From a bacterium (GTDB lineage: Bacteria; UBA8248; JACPRG01; G963555815), in the NCBI GenBank assembly GCA_965261595.1, contig CBDHDG010000003.1, positions 256,001 to 320,000 on the forward strand: a stretch of DNA of 64,000 bases. Reading direction: 5' to 3'. Under the pieces are notes generated by a model. The model was given only the letters and a program-made list of their open reading frames with translations, was not told the DNA's origin and ran no database searches. Positions 11,381 to 21,622 of the stretch are shown here, piece by piece (the first letter of the stretch is position 1; every line of letters begins with the position of its first letter). The translations under genes and the position numbers were made by a program.

Positions 11381-11608
11381 TCACACCGGCCGCGCGTCCG
11401 GCAGGTACTTTTCCAGGCCGATGCGGATAGCGTCCACCGGACAAATGTCCTCACAATTCAGGCAGACGATGCAGGGGGCCTCTTCCAGGACCAGGAGCCG
11501 TTTTTCCTTCTGGGCGAATCCCAGACAGTCCACCGGGCAAGCCAGCACGCACAGGGCGCAATCCACGCAGGTCGGAAGGACGCTGATCCGGACGGATTTA
11601 ATCGGCAT
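11381..11608 (-). CDS. 2x[4Fe-4S] ferredoxin
   Basis: Two CxxCxxCxxxCP motifs (CVDCALCVLACP, CIVCLNCEDICP). Confidence 0.85.
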   Translation of the reverse strand: MPIKSVRISVLPTCVDCALCVLACPVDCLGFAQKEKRLLVLEEAPCIVCLNCEDICPVDAIRIGLEKYLPDARPV

Positions 11609-12440
11609 GGGCGCTCCGGATCGGCACGGGAAGGGAGACCCGGGTGACATCCACCTCTCTTTTGATGGGCTCTTGACCCCGGAGGATGACGTCGTGGCAG
11701 ATCCAGTTTTCCTGATCGGTATTCGGATAATCCGTTCGAAAATGGCATCCCCGGCTCTCCGTCCGAAAACAGGCCGAGCGGACGACCAACTCGCCCACTT
11801 CAACCAGGGTCTCGGTCTCCAACGCGGCCTTGACCTCGAACGGCGTCCGGGCGTGTAAATTCGGGAGGCGGTCGCGCTTGATCGCTTCCAAATCCTCCAG
11901 GGAAGTCTCCAGGCGTTCTCCGGACCGGAGCGGCCCGGCGTTCTCCCACATGGTCCTCTGTAGTTCCGTGCGGATCGTGGCGGGATCGCCCTCTTCGCTT
12001 GGCGGCCGGTCCCATGCCCGGATATCCGCCAGACGCTCTTGCACGGCTTCCCGATCCCAGTCCGCATCGGACACGAGGCGGGGGTTATCGCGGGCGCGTT
12101 CGGCGGCGGCCCTTCCCGCCCGCGCTCCGAAGACCAGGCAGTCCGAAAAGGCGTTTCCCCCCCTGCGGCGGGCGCCGTGGACGGGCGCGGCCGATTCACC
12201 GGCGGCGTAGAGTCCCGGCAGATTGGTCTCGCATCACGGTTTGATCCCAATCCCCCCCAGGTGGGTGATGGCCCCGGGAGAGATCCGGAGCGTATGGTTC
12301 TTCCAGTCGAATCCCCTCAACAGGCAGCGCAGGTCGTATCTGCCTGGAAGGTCGGATTCCCAAAGCTCTTCAGGAACATCCCGAAGATCGAGCCAGATGG
12401 AGTCCCCGTCGCCCCTCCCTTCAAAGATTTCGATGGCAAT
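11598..12440 (-). pseudogene. C-terminal half of an SdhA/NadB/AprA-family flavoprotein, 5'-truncated, with internal TGA
   Basis: THLGGIGIKP*CETNLPGLYAAGE, VHGARRRGGNAFSDCLVFGARAG, RTESRGCHFRTDYP. Confidence 0.85.
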
Positions 12441-12695
12441 GGCCCGGGAGCTCCATCACGAGCCCAGGGTCCTGGTGGCGGCGCAGCCCACCCGGGGCCT
12501 CGACGTGGGCGCCACGGAGTACGTCCGCAACAAGCTCCTGGGTCAGCGGTCCCGCGGCGCGTCCATCCTGCTGATCTCGACGGAGCTGGAGGAGATCCTC
12601 TCCCTCAGCGACCGCGTCCTGGTGCTGTACGAGGGGGCCATCATGGGCGAGTTCAGCGGCGACGACGTGGACCTGGAGCGGCCGAGGGGAAGTAA
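12433..12695 (+). pseudogene. C-terminal fragment of a sugar/nucleoside ABC transporter ATPase
   Basis: ARELHHEPRVLVAAQPTRGLDVGA, LLISTELEEILSLSDRVLV; no N-terminal part present. Confidence 0.85.
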
Positions 12696-12797
12696 CGGGG
12701 CCGCGCAGCCGGATCGGACCCGCAAAAGTGCTACACTCGGATCCAAGCAAAGCAAGAAATTCAGCGGGTTCCCTCATTGGAAGCAGGGAGAACAACT

Positions 12798-14407
12798 ATG
12801 CCCGACGGCGAATTCGACGGCATCATCATCGGAAGCGGCTACAACGGACTGACCCTCGGCGGGTACATGGCCAAGCAGGGGCTGAAGATCCTGGTTCTCG
12901 AGCGGCGGATGCACTACGGCGGCGCGACCATCACCGAGGAAGTCACCGTGCCCGGCGTTTATCACAACCTGCACGCCAACTTCACATGCGTCCTACGGCC
13001 CCCCCCCACCAGGACTTCGATCTCCACAAGTACGGCCTGAAGCTCATGTACGGGGAAGTGGAGCGCTGCTACCTCTTCGAGGACGGAACCACCCTGACCA
13101 CCTACACCGACGACCCCCACAGGACCTACAAGCAGTTCAAGAACGTCATCGGCAAGGCAGACACCGACACGCTGGAAGAGATTTTCTACCGCTACCTGGT
13201 CAAGGTGGAGGAGGAGTTCTACGCCTCGCCCAAACCCAATGAGGAGCGCGGGGGCGGCCTGTCCGACAGCGTCCGCCGGGAATACCAGCGCCACTGCGCC
13301 ATGAGCGGACGCGATCTGTTGAACGATCTCTACCAGTCCGACAAGCTCAAGACGTTCATCGCGGTCAACGCCTGCGTCCGGGGCAATACCGACTTCTATC
13401 CGGGCGTCGGGGATTTCTTCCTCCGCTATTCGGCCTCGCCGGGGCTCAGCATCATCCGGGGGGGGACCTCCCAGCTCGCCCACTCCCTCGCCGCCTTTTT
13501 CCACGCCAACGGCGGAATCATCCTCAACGCCTGCCACGTGGAGAAGATCAACGTGGAAGGCGGCCGGGCCACCGGCGTGGAGCTCTCCGACGGGCGAAAA
13601 TTCACGGCGACCAAGTTCGTGGCCTCCGAGGTGGATCCCCCCGCCACGTTCCTCAGGATGGTGGGGGAGGAGCACCTGCCCGACATCATCGTCGAGCGCT
13701 GCGAGAACTGGGTGGTCAAGTAGCACAACGCCCTGTTCGGCTTCCACGCGGCCGTCTCGGTCCAGCCCGACTACTCGAAGAAATACAACGAAGAGGCGAA
13801 CCGGGCCCTTTGCATCTTCCTCGGGATCGACTCCATGGCCGAGCTGGACAGCCACTGGAAGCAGATCGACCAGGGGAAGCTCCCCGACAGGCCGGGCGGG
13901 GACGGTTGCTGCCACACAGTGATCGATCCCTCCTACGGGGCGCCGGGGAAGAACCCCCTCCTCTTCTGGCAAGCGGGCCCCGCCACGGACAAGCTGGCGG
14001 ACGGGAAGACCTACGACGACATCAAGTGGGACTACTTCGAGACCATCGCGTCGCGGTGGCGCGAGTACGCCCCCAACCTGACGGAGGACGTGTACCTCGG
14101 AAAATACTGCTACACGCCGTCTGACATCGCGAACCGAATCATCAACATGGTGGGCGGCGGGTGCCGGCAGGGCTCCTACGGAAACGGGCAGTGGCACGAA
14201 GGGCGCCCCTTCCCCGAGTGCAACAGCTACGCGACGCCCATCGAGGGTCTGTACCTGTGCGGTTCATGCTGCCACCCGGGGGGCTCCCTGCACTTCGGGC
14301 CGGGTTACAACTGCGCCAACAAGATCGTCGAAGACCTCCACATCGAGAAGTGGTGGCCGCCCTACAAGATCATCGGAAAGCCCGTCGTCTCCAGCAAGCC
14401 GATGTGA
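12798..14407 (+). pseudogene. Phytoene-dehydrogenase-like FAD oxidoreductase; frameshift near 13000 and in-frame TAG at 13721-13723
   Basis: IIIGSGYNGL, VLERR..GGA, GGTSQLAHSL, TPIEGLYLCGSCCHPGG. Confidence 0.85.
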
Positions 14408-14435
14408 CGAGCCCTCGCCGGGGGAGATTCGGAAT

Positions 14436-14888
14436 TTGGCCTACCGTTTCACGCTGAATGGAAAACCCGTGGAAGCCGACGTGCCGGGTGACCGGACGCT
14501 ACTGGACCACCTGCGCGAGGACCTGGATCTGACGGGCGCCAAGGAGGGGTGCGCGGAGGGGGAGTGCGGGGCCTGCACCATCCTGCTGGACGGCCAAGCG
14601 GTGGACGCCTGTCTGGTGATGGTGGGACAGCTCGAAGGCGCCGAGGTGCTCACCATCGAGGGCCTAGCCGCGGACGGCCGCCTCGACCCGATCCAGGAGG
14701 CCTTCGTCCGGGATGGGGCCGTCCAGTGCGGCGCCTGCATCCCCGGGATGATCTTCTCCGCCAAGGCCCTGCTGACCGAGAATCCCCGCCCGGACCGGAA
14801 GGAAATCCGCCAGGCCGTGGCCGGAAACCTGTGCCGCTGCACCGGGTACCAGAAGATCGTGGACGCCATCGAGAGGGCCCTGTCGTGA
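14436..14888 (+). CDS. Molybdo-flavoenzyme [2Fe-2S] small subunit (CoxS/XdhC-like)
   Basis: GAKEGCAEGECGACT, QCGACIPG, GNLCRCTGY. Confidence 0.93.
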   Translation: MAYRFTLNGKPVEADVPGDRTLLDHLREDLDLTGAKEGCAEGECGACTILLDGQAVDACLVMVGQLEGAEVLTIEGLAADGRLDPIQEAFVRDGAVQCGACIPGMIFSAKALLTENPRPDRKEIRQAVAGNLCRCTGYQKIVDAIERALS

Positions 14889-15748
14889 CGGGGTTCATCA
14901 GCCCGAGGAGCGTGGAGGAGGCCTTAGCCGCCCTGGCCGAGGACGGGGAGGATCTACGCCTGGTGTCCGGCGCCACGGACGTGGTGGTCTGGGTGCGGGA
15001 CGGCCGGATGAAGGGTGGGCGCTACCTGAACCTCTCCTACCTCGGCGATGAACTGCGGTATATTCGGGAGGAAGACGGGTTCATCGTCATGGGCACCCTG
15101 ACGACCGTGACCGACCTCCTCCGCTCGGACCTGATCCGGCAACACGGCCAGGCCCTTCAGGACGCGGCCCGCCTGTTCGGGTCGGTCCAGATCCGGAACC
15201 GGGCCACGGTGGCGGGGAACCTGGGGACGGCCTCCCCTGCGGGGGACACCCTCCCTCCCCTCGTGGCGCTGGGGGCGGACGTGGTCCTGGAGAGCCAGAG
15301 CGGCCTCCGGGACGTCTCGCTCGACAAGTTCATGTTCGGTCCCGGGCAGATGGCCCGGAGCCCGGACGAGTTGATCACGTCCGTCCGGTTCCCGGTGATG
15401 CGGGAGGGGGAGACCAGTTTCTACCGCCGCCTCGACCTGCGGGACGCCCTCGCCATCTCGATCGCGGGCGTGGCCGGGAAGGTGAGACGCCGGGGAGGGC
15501 TCCCGGCTGCCATCTCCAACGCCCGGGTGGCCCTCGGGGCTGTGGCGCCGACCGTCTGCCGCGCGCCCGAGGCCGAAGACGCACTGAACGCGGGCCCGGT
15601 CCGGCTGGAGGACCTGATGGAGATCGGCGAGCTCGCCACCCGGTCGGCCCGGGCCATCAATGACGTCCGGGCATCGGTCGAGTACCGCCGGGCCCTGATA
15701 CCCGGCCTGTTCTACCAGGGCATGTACGATGCCCTAATGGAGGCGTGA
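14885..15748 (+). CDS. Molybdo-flavoenzyme FAD-binding subunit (CoxM/XdhB-like)
   Basis: GTG start overlapping the upstream stop; SGATDV, QIRNRATVAGNLGTASPAGD, INDVRASVEYRR. Confidence 0.92.
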   Translation: MTGFISPRSVEEALAALAEDGEDLRLVSGATDVVVWVRDGRMKGGRYLNLSYLGDELRYIREEDGFIVMGTLTTVTDLLRSDLIRQHGQALQDAARLFGSVQIRNRATVAGNLGTASPAGDTLPPLVALGADVVLESQSGLRDVSLDKFMFGPGQMARSPDELITSVRFPVMREGETSFYRRLDLRDALAISIAGVAGKVRRRGGLPAAISNARVALGAVAPTVCRAPEAEDALNAGPVRLEDLMEIGELATRSARAINDVRASVEYRRALIPGLFYQGMYDALMEA

Positions 15749-15752
15749 CAGC

Positions 15753-18065
15753 ATGACGACCAACGGCGGGAACGGCCACGTGGGGCGCTCGGTCCTCCGC
15801 ATCGACGGGGCCGGCAAGACCACGGGCGAGACGCGCTTCTTCTCCGACCTCTATCCCGAGGACGTCCTGTGGGTGCAAACCAAGCGGTCCGAGCCGGGTC
15901 CGTCCGGCGCCGTGCACGCTCGCATCCGGTCCATCGACACTTCCCGGGCCGAGCGGGCCCCGGGCGTGATCCGAGTCATTACGGCCAAGGACATACCCGG
16001 CGAGAACCGGTTCGGGGTGTTCGTCTCGGACCAGCCCGTCCTTTGCGATGAGAAGGTCCGCTTCCACGGGGACGCCATCGCCCTGGTCGTCGCCGAGACC
16101 AAGGAGGAGGCGGCGGCGGCCGTGGATCTGATCGACGTCGCCTATGACCCGCTCCCCGCGGTGACGGACCCGGACGAAGCCATGAAGGACGGGGCGGTCC
16201 CCATCGCCGATGAGGGGAACATCTTCAAGGAGTTCCACCTCAGGCACGGCGACGTGGAGGGGGGGTTCGCCGACGCGGACGTGGTCATCGAGAATACCTT
16301 CGACACACCCCGCCAGACCGCGGCCTTCATCGAGCCCGAGTCCGGCGTGGCCCGCATGGACGGGGACGTGCTGGTCATCCAGACCGGGGCGCAGAACCCC
16401 TTCCGCGACCGCAGGGATCTCGCCCGTTCGCTGGACCTTCCCCTGGAGTGCATCCGCATCCAGGCCTCCCCCTTGGGAGGCGGCTTCGGAGCCAAGGACG
16501 GCATCACCGTGCAGATCCATCTCGGACTGGCCGCCATGCTGACCGGAAGGCCGGTCCGGCTGTTCTGGGAGCGCGAGGAGTCCACCCTGGCCGGGTGGAA
16601 GCGGCACCCCTTCCGCATCACGCTGAAAACCGGCGCCAAGCGGGACGGGACCCTGGTGGCGCACGCGGCCCGCGTGGTGGGGGACACCGGGGCCTACATC
16701 GGCTACGGCCCGGCCGTGGTGTGCGTGGCGGTGGAATCGGTGAGCGGCCCGTACCGGATCCCCAACGTCCGGGTGGACGGCTACTGCGTCCTCACCAACA
16801 ACACGCCGGCCGGTGCGATCCGCGGGTTCGGGGCGGTGCAAGCCTGTCTGGCCATGGAGTGCCAGATGGACGCCCTGGCGGAGGCCCTGTCGATGGACCC
16901 GCTGGCGCTTCGCAAGCGCAACGCCATCCGGGCGGGGGAAACCGCTCCCCTGGGCAACGTCCTGCAATGTTCCGTCCACTACGAGGAGACCCTTGCCGCC
17001 ATCGAGTCGTCCGGGGCCTGGCGGACCCAGGAGAACTGGAAGCGGGACGCCCCGCGCCCCTGGATCAAGCGGGGCGTCGGGATTGCGTCCGGGGTGAAGG
17101 GCGTAGGCATGGGGCAGTTCCCGGACGAGGGGTCCGTGCGGATGGAGATCACCGCCGAAGGAAAATTCGTTCTGGGCGTGGGGTTGAGCGAGATGGGAGA
17201 GGGGATCACGACGGCCTTCGTTCAGATGGCGGCCGAGGCCATGCACTGCACCCCCGACGACATCGAGCTCCTGTCGGTGGACACGGACCATGTCCCTGAA
17301 AGCGGCGGAACGGATGCTTCACGCTCCACGATGATCGGAGGGAACGCCATCCTGCGGGCCGCTCCGCTGATGGAGGCCCTGTTGAAGAAAGAGGCGGCGG
17401 GCAAACTCGAAGTGGACGAAGAGGACCTGGAGCTGCGCGACGGCGCCGTCCGGTCCCGCTCGGCGCCGGGTCGCTCGGTGGGCTACGCCGAGATCGGCAG
17501 GTCGATCCGGGACCGGGGCGAACCCGGCCGGGTGGAGGCGCGCTACGAATGGCCTCGGGATCAGGACCCCATCCCGGGCGCCGATGAGCTCCCCCATCTC
17601 TTTTACGCCTTCGCGACCCACCTGGCCCGGGTCGAGGTGGACACCCTCACCGGCCGCGTGCGCCTTCTGGGCCTGGTGACCGCCCAGGACGTGGGGCGGG
17701 TGATCAACCCCCAGGGGCTGGAGGGGCAGAGCGAGGGGGGGTCCCTGTACAGCGCCGGCATGGGAATGTGGGAGGACACCCTCCTCACCGAGGCAGGGGT
17801 CATGCTGACGCCCAACTTCACCACCTACCTGATCGGCACCGCCGCCGACGCCCCAGAGATCGAAACGCTTCCCATCGACGGCTACGAGCCCCTCGGCCCA
17901 TTCGGCGCGAAGGGGGCCGGGGAGATCGTGACCCTGCCCGCGGCGGCGGCCGTGGTCAACGCCATCCGCGACGCCACCGGCGTCCGAATCCATCGCACCC
18001 CCGCCACGCCCGAGCGGGTGTTCCGGGCCCTTCGGGAGAAAGCGGAGAAGGCCGGAGCCCCATGA
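15753..18065 (+). CDS. Xanthine dehydrogenase-family molybdopterin-binding subunit
   Basis: GGGFGAK, AIRGFG, DVGRVINP, GPFGAKGAGE. Confidence 0.94.
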   Translation: MTTNGGNGHVGRSVLRIDGAGKTTGETRFFSDLYPEDVLWVQTKRSEPGPSGAVHARIRSIDTSRAERAPGVIRVITAKDIPGENRFGVFVSDQPVLCDEKVRFHGDAIALVVAETKEEAAAAVDLIDVAYDPLPAVTDPDEAMKDGAVPIADEGNIFKEFHLRHGDVEGGFADADVVIENTFDTPRQTAAFIEPESGVARMDGDVLVIQTGAQNPFRDRRDLARSLDLPLECIRIQASPLGGGFGAKDGITVQIHLGLAAMLTGRPVRLFWEREESTLAGWKRHPFRITLKTGAKRDGTLVAHAARVVGDTGAYIGYGPAVVCVAVESVSGPYRIPNVRVDGYCVLTNNTPAGAIRGFGAVQACLAMECQMDALAEALSMDPLALRKRNAIRAGETAPLGNVLQCSVHYEETLAAIESSGAWRTQENWKRDAPRPWIKRGVGIASGVKGVGMGQFPDEGSVRMEITAEGKFVLGVGLSEMGEGITTAFVQMAAEAMHCTPDDIELLSVDTDHVPESGGTDASRSTMIGGNAILRAAPLMEALLKKEAAGKLEVDEEDLELRDGAVRSRSAPGRSVGYAEIGRSIRDRGEPGRVEARYEWPRDQDPIPGADELPHLFYAFATHLARVEVDTLTGRVRLLGLVTAQDVGRVINPQGLEGQSEGGSLYSAGMGMWEDTLLTEAGVMLTPNFTTYLIGTAADAPEIETLPIDGYEPLGPFGAKGAGEIVTLPAAAAVVNAIRDATGVRIHRTPATPERVFRALREKAEKAGAP

Positions 18066-18238
18066 CCCGCACACCCATCCGGAACGCCACTGCGATGGTT
18101 GACCTCGACCGGGAGCGGGGCTGGTTCCCGGGCGGTTATCTCGTCGTCGAGGACGGGGTCCGGCTGACCTGCGACCCCTCGGAGGTCCTTCCGAGACACC
18201 GCAAGCGGGCCCAAGAGCCGCAGGGCGTCGATTTCTGA
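18062..18238 (+). pseudogene. Amidohydrolase/deaminase remnant (N- and C-termini fused)
   Basis: MTRTPIRNATAMV..GGYLVVEDG followed directly by a C-terminal-like VRLTCDPSEVLPRHRKRA; only 58 aa. Confidence 0.5.
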
Positions 18239-18265
18239 GGAAATCGCGACGAAGAAGGAGGCGAG

Positions 18266-19143
18266 GTGACACGGGAATTCCAGGACCGATTCGTAACCGT
18301 CAACGGTCTGGCGCTTCACTATCTGGACTGGGGCGCCGGACCGGAGACGTCCGACCGGCGGCCCATGGTCCTCGTCCACGGCGTGACGGACAACTGCCGG
18401 CTCTGGGATCACATCGCCCGATCCTTCCGCCGGGAGTATCACGTCCTCGCCCTCGATCAGCGCGGACACGGCGACAGCGAATGGTCCCCGGAGAAGGCCT
18501 ACACGAGCCTCGACCTGGCTTCGGACCTGTCGGCCTTCTTTACGGAGCTGGGCCTTCGCGACGCCGTTCTCATCGGGCTGTCGTGGGGCGGGCTTGTGGC
18601 GCTGATCCACACGGCCGAACACCCGGAGACGGTTCACAAACTGGTCCTGGTGGACATCGGCTGCGAGTTCGACGAATCCGAGACCGCCGTCCCCGACCGC
18701 CCCCTGGAGTTTCCGAACGATAAGGCGCTGGAGGGCTACGAGCGCTCGGCCAGTCCGTTCCCCGCGCTCTGGACCCTGCGGCCCCGGATGCGCGCCAGCG
18801 TCCGGGAGCAGGACGGCTCCCCGCGCTCTGGACCCTGCGGCCCCGGATGCGCGCCAGCGTCCGGGAGCAGGACGGCGGCCTCGTCCGAAAACACGATCCC
18901 TTCTTCGCGAGGCGCTGGCCTTTCCGGGCGATGAGTTACTGGGATTACGCCCGGCGCGTCGCCTGCCCCGGCCTCTTGTTGCGGGGGACCGAGAGCTTCG
19001 TCCTGTCGGCCGGGCTGGCGAAGAGGACATCCGAGGCCCTGCCGGACGGCCGGTGGGTCGAGATCCCCGACGCCGCCCACTTGATTCCCCTGGACAATCC
19101 GCCGGCCTTCGAGGCCGCCGTCCGGACATTCCTTGCGGATTAA
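18266..19143 (+). pseudogene. Alpha/beta hydrolase frameshifted by a 59-bp tandem duplication
   Basis: VLVHG, DQRGHGDS, GLSWGG nucleophile elbow, AAHLIPLDNP; duplication 18759-18817 / 18818-18876. Confidence 0.9.
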
Positions 19144-19184
19144 AAATCGCCCCGGCTGCGCGGCGGAAAGGAGTGGGAAGGAAA

Positions 19185-19931
19185 ATGCGGTTGGAAGGAA
19201 AGGTCGTCATCGTAACGGGCGCGGCTCGAAACATCGGGAAGGTCTACGTCCTCGGCCTCGCCCGCGAAGGGGCCCGGGTCGTGGCGGCCGACGTCCTCGA
19301 CTGTTCCGACACGGCGGCGGAGATCGAGGCGGGCGGCGCGGAGGTCTTGGCCGTCCGGACGGACGTATCCGACGAGGCCGCCACCCGCCGTTTGGCCGAA
19401 TCGGCCCACGAGCGATTCGGGCGCATCGACGGTCTCGTCAACAACGCCGCCATCTTCCACGACATCGTCCTGAAGCCCTTCCATGAGATCACGGGAGAGG
19501 AATGGGACCGCCTGATGGCCGTCAACCTCAAAAGGATTTTTCATTGCAGCAAGGCGGTCTTCCCCTACATGAAGGACCGCGGGTGCGGACGCATCGTCAA
19601 CAATGCGTCCAACACCATATACAAGGGCACCGAAGGATTCCTCCACTACGTCACCTCGAAGGCCGGCGTCCTGGGTTTCACGCGCGCCCTCGCCCGGGAG
19701 TGCGGCTGGCACGGGATCAACGTCAACGCCGTCGCCCCCGACTACATCCCCCACGAGCGGGACGACCGCGAGCGGCCCGACCATGACCTCATGATCCGGA
19801 ATCAGCGGATCCTCCAGCGTCGGGAAGTCCCCGAGGACATCCTGGGGACCCTTGTCTTCCTGCTCTCGGCGGACGCCGATTTCATCACCGGACAGACGAT
19901 CCTCGTGAACGGCGGGATCGTCATGCAGTGA
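19185..19931 (+). CDS. Short-chain dehydrogenase/reductase
   Basis: VTGAARNIG, NNAA, YVTSK, FITGQTILVNGG. Confidence 0.93.
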   Translation: MRLEGKVVIVTGAARNIGKVYVLGLAREGARVVAADVLDCSDTAAEIEAGGAEVLAVRTDVSDEAATRRLAESAHERFGRIDGLVNNAAIFHDIVLKPFHEITGEEWDRLMAVNLKRIFHCSKAVFPYMKDRGCGRIVNNASNTIYKGTEGFLHYVTSKAGVLGFTRALARECGWHGINVNAVAPDYIPHERDDRERPDHDLMIRNQRILQRREVPEDILGTLVFLLSADADFITGQTILVNGGIVMQ

Positions 19932-19947
19932 CCCGGAGCCCGGCCCT

Positions 19948-20622
19948 TCAGGGAACCGAAAAACCGGCCCCCCTCAGAAATTCACGGATCTTCGCAGCCG
20001 GGATGAAAGACGCCCTCTTCCCGTTCGAGGAAAGGATGCCGAGGAGGGTCCGATCCCCCGGATCCAGGACCGCCCAAGCGCTGGAAACGGGACAGCCTTC
20101 GCAGGGGATCAGCTCCTGAAGGCCGGAAATCCGTCCCCCCGCGTGAAGCGGCCGGAGGTCCGGGACACTATGGTCGGGGGCGATCATGTGCTTCATCACC
20201 TTCGGCGGAGAGCCCGCCAAAACGACCGCCGCTCCGTTCCGGGGAAGTCTCCCGCCCAGGCGATAGACCGGCCCGGGAAAGGGCGCCGTCAGGGCCACCA
20301 GCCCCGTTTCCGGGTCCCGTCGGATGACCTTCGCGTCCCACTGGGAGACGCTGAGCGGGTCCACGACCACCAGGCTGATCGGCTCAGCCGGCAGGTTCCG
20401 CAGGGCGTCCTCGGTGGTGATAAAGACCCCCTTCGGGTCCACGCGCAAGACGGGCGTGTAGTGGAGCTCGACGTAGACGCGCCGGACGACCGGAAACAGG
20501 AGGCTCACCAGGGGGGTGGGCGTTCCCGGATAGCGCGGGATTCCAGCCCGGACGGGGACAGCCTGCGGCCAGGACCAGAAAAGAGACAGACCCACGAGAA
20601 CAAGAGAGACCCTCCGCCGCAT
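19948..20622 (-). CDS. Hypothetical exported protein, possibly a degenerate trypsin-like fold
   Basis: Signal-like N-terminus; WDAKVIRRDPETGLVAL and LLGIL..FIPAAKIREFL resemble S1C protease segments but catalytic motifs are absent. Confidence 0.4.
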   Translation of the reverse strand: MRRRVSLVLVGLSLFWSWPQAVPVRAGIPRYPGTPTPLVSLLFPVVRRVYVELHYTPVLRVDPKGVFITTEDALRNLPAEPISLVVVDPLSVSQWDAKVIRRDPETGLVALTAPFPGPVYRLGGRLPRNGAAVVLAGSPPKVMKHMIAPDHSVPDLRPLHAGGRISGLQELIPCEGCPVSSAWAVLDPGDRTLLGILSSNGKRASFIPAAKIREFLRGAGFSVP

Positions 20623-20714
20623 CTCGACCAACGGAATTTCCCCTCCGAGTCGTCCGGAAGAAACGTCATACGGGCCGGCCCCGTCGTTTCGGAGCCACCC
20701 TCTTATCTTACAAT

Positions 20715-20815
20715 GGCGGCCGAGGGTCTTTGCCACGGCCCGGGCGTCGGCCTCCGCGTATTCCAAGTGCGGGATTTTTGAAGAGCGGCAGCGGTCGATT
20801 CCCACCACCCGCCTC
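20715..20815 (-). pseudogene. Caspase-like (peptidase C14) N-terminal fragment
   Basis: VVGIDRCRSSKIPHLEYAEADARAVAKTL resembles the VVGIxxY..L.YA..DA pattern. Confidence 0.45.
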
Positions 20816-21003
20816 TCGCTAACCGACCCCCGCCTTCGCCGGCATTTCCTGAAGCATCCGCACCGAGGCGAGGGCGTGCCTGTGTAGTCATTGGTGAAAT
20901 AAGCTATATAACATCCGGCTTGCGCTGAAGCGGGCCCTGAAAGACCGGTGCCCGGCGAAGCAGGTCTTCCGTGCGGTCCATCACGAGCCGGTCCACGTTT
21001 CGG

Positions 21004-21235
21004 TCACTCCAAGATCACAATCTCCTCTATCTCCACAAGGGCGTCAGGGTCCGCCAGGCGAGACACCCCGACCGTGGTGCTGGGGATGGGCTCCGAGACG
21101 AAGTATTCCTGCCTGACCTCCCCGACGGCGGCCAACTGGTTATCGATGTCCGTCAGGTAGACGTTGATCTTCACCACGTTGTCGAAGCCGGCCCCGACCG
21201 CCTCAAGACACTCCTTGATGTTGTCAAATCCTGAC
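21004..21235 (-). pseudogene. RidA-family protein, 5'-truncated
   Basis: NVVKINVYLTD, STTVGVSRLADPDALVEIE. Confidence 0.8.
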
Positions 21236-21427
21236 GGGTCTGAGCCAGGATATCTCCCGTCCCAACGAGGTTCCCCTGGGCGTCCCGGCCGGCCACGCCC
21301 GGTCGAGGGTCCTGGACTCGGTGCGAAGGGATATCCGCGCGGCTGTGGCGAAGGTGATCGATGGGGAACAGGGGTGGGGGGAGGGGGGCTGAATGGCTGC
21401 CGTTGAGGGCGACGAGGGCCACCGGGA

Positions 21428-21622
21428 ATGACCAACCTTCCCCCCGGCCTTCTTGACGAGCTCGCGGGTGTTCTTGCGGACGCCCTCATTGCCGATCTGG
21501 AGGAGCATCCGGCCCTTGAAGAAAATTCACCGCTCTCCGGGCAGGATGAATTACAATCGGACGAGGGGCCGGAAAGCGGAAGGCTGCAATTGGTCTCGAA
21601 CCAGGACGGAGGGAACGTATGA
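21428..21622 (+). CDS. Small hypothetical protein coupled to the recombinase
   Basis: 64-aa ORF with ATGA overlap onto the recombinase start. Confidence 0.45.
   Translation: MTNLPPGLLDELAGVLADALIADLEEHPALEENSPLSGQDELQSDEGPESGRLQLVSNQDGGNV

Noticed and set aside
13721..13723. Pyrrolysine readthrough of the in-frame TAG
   Set aside because: The gene also has a frameshift, it is not a methylamine methyltransferase, and no pyl genes are present; a nonsense mutation is simpler
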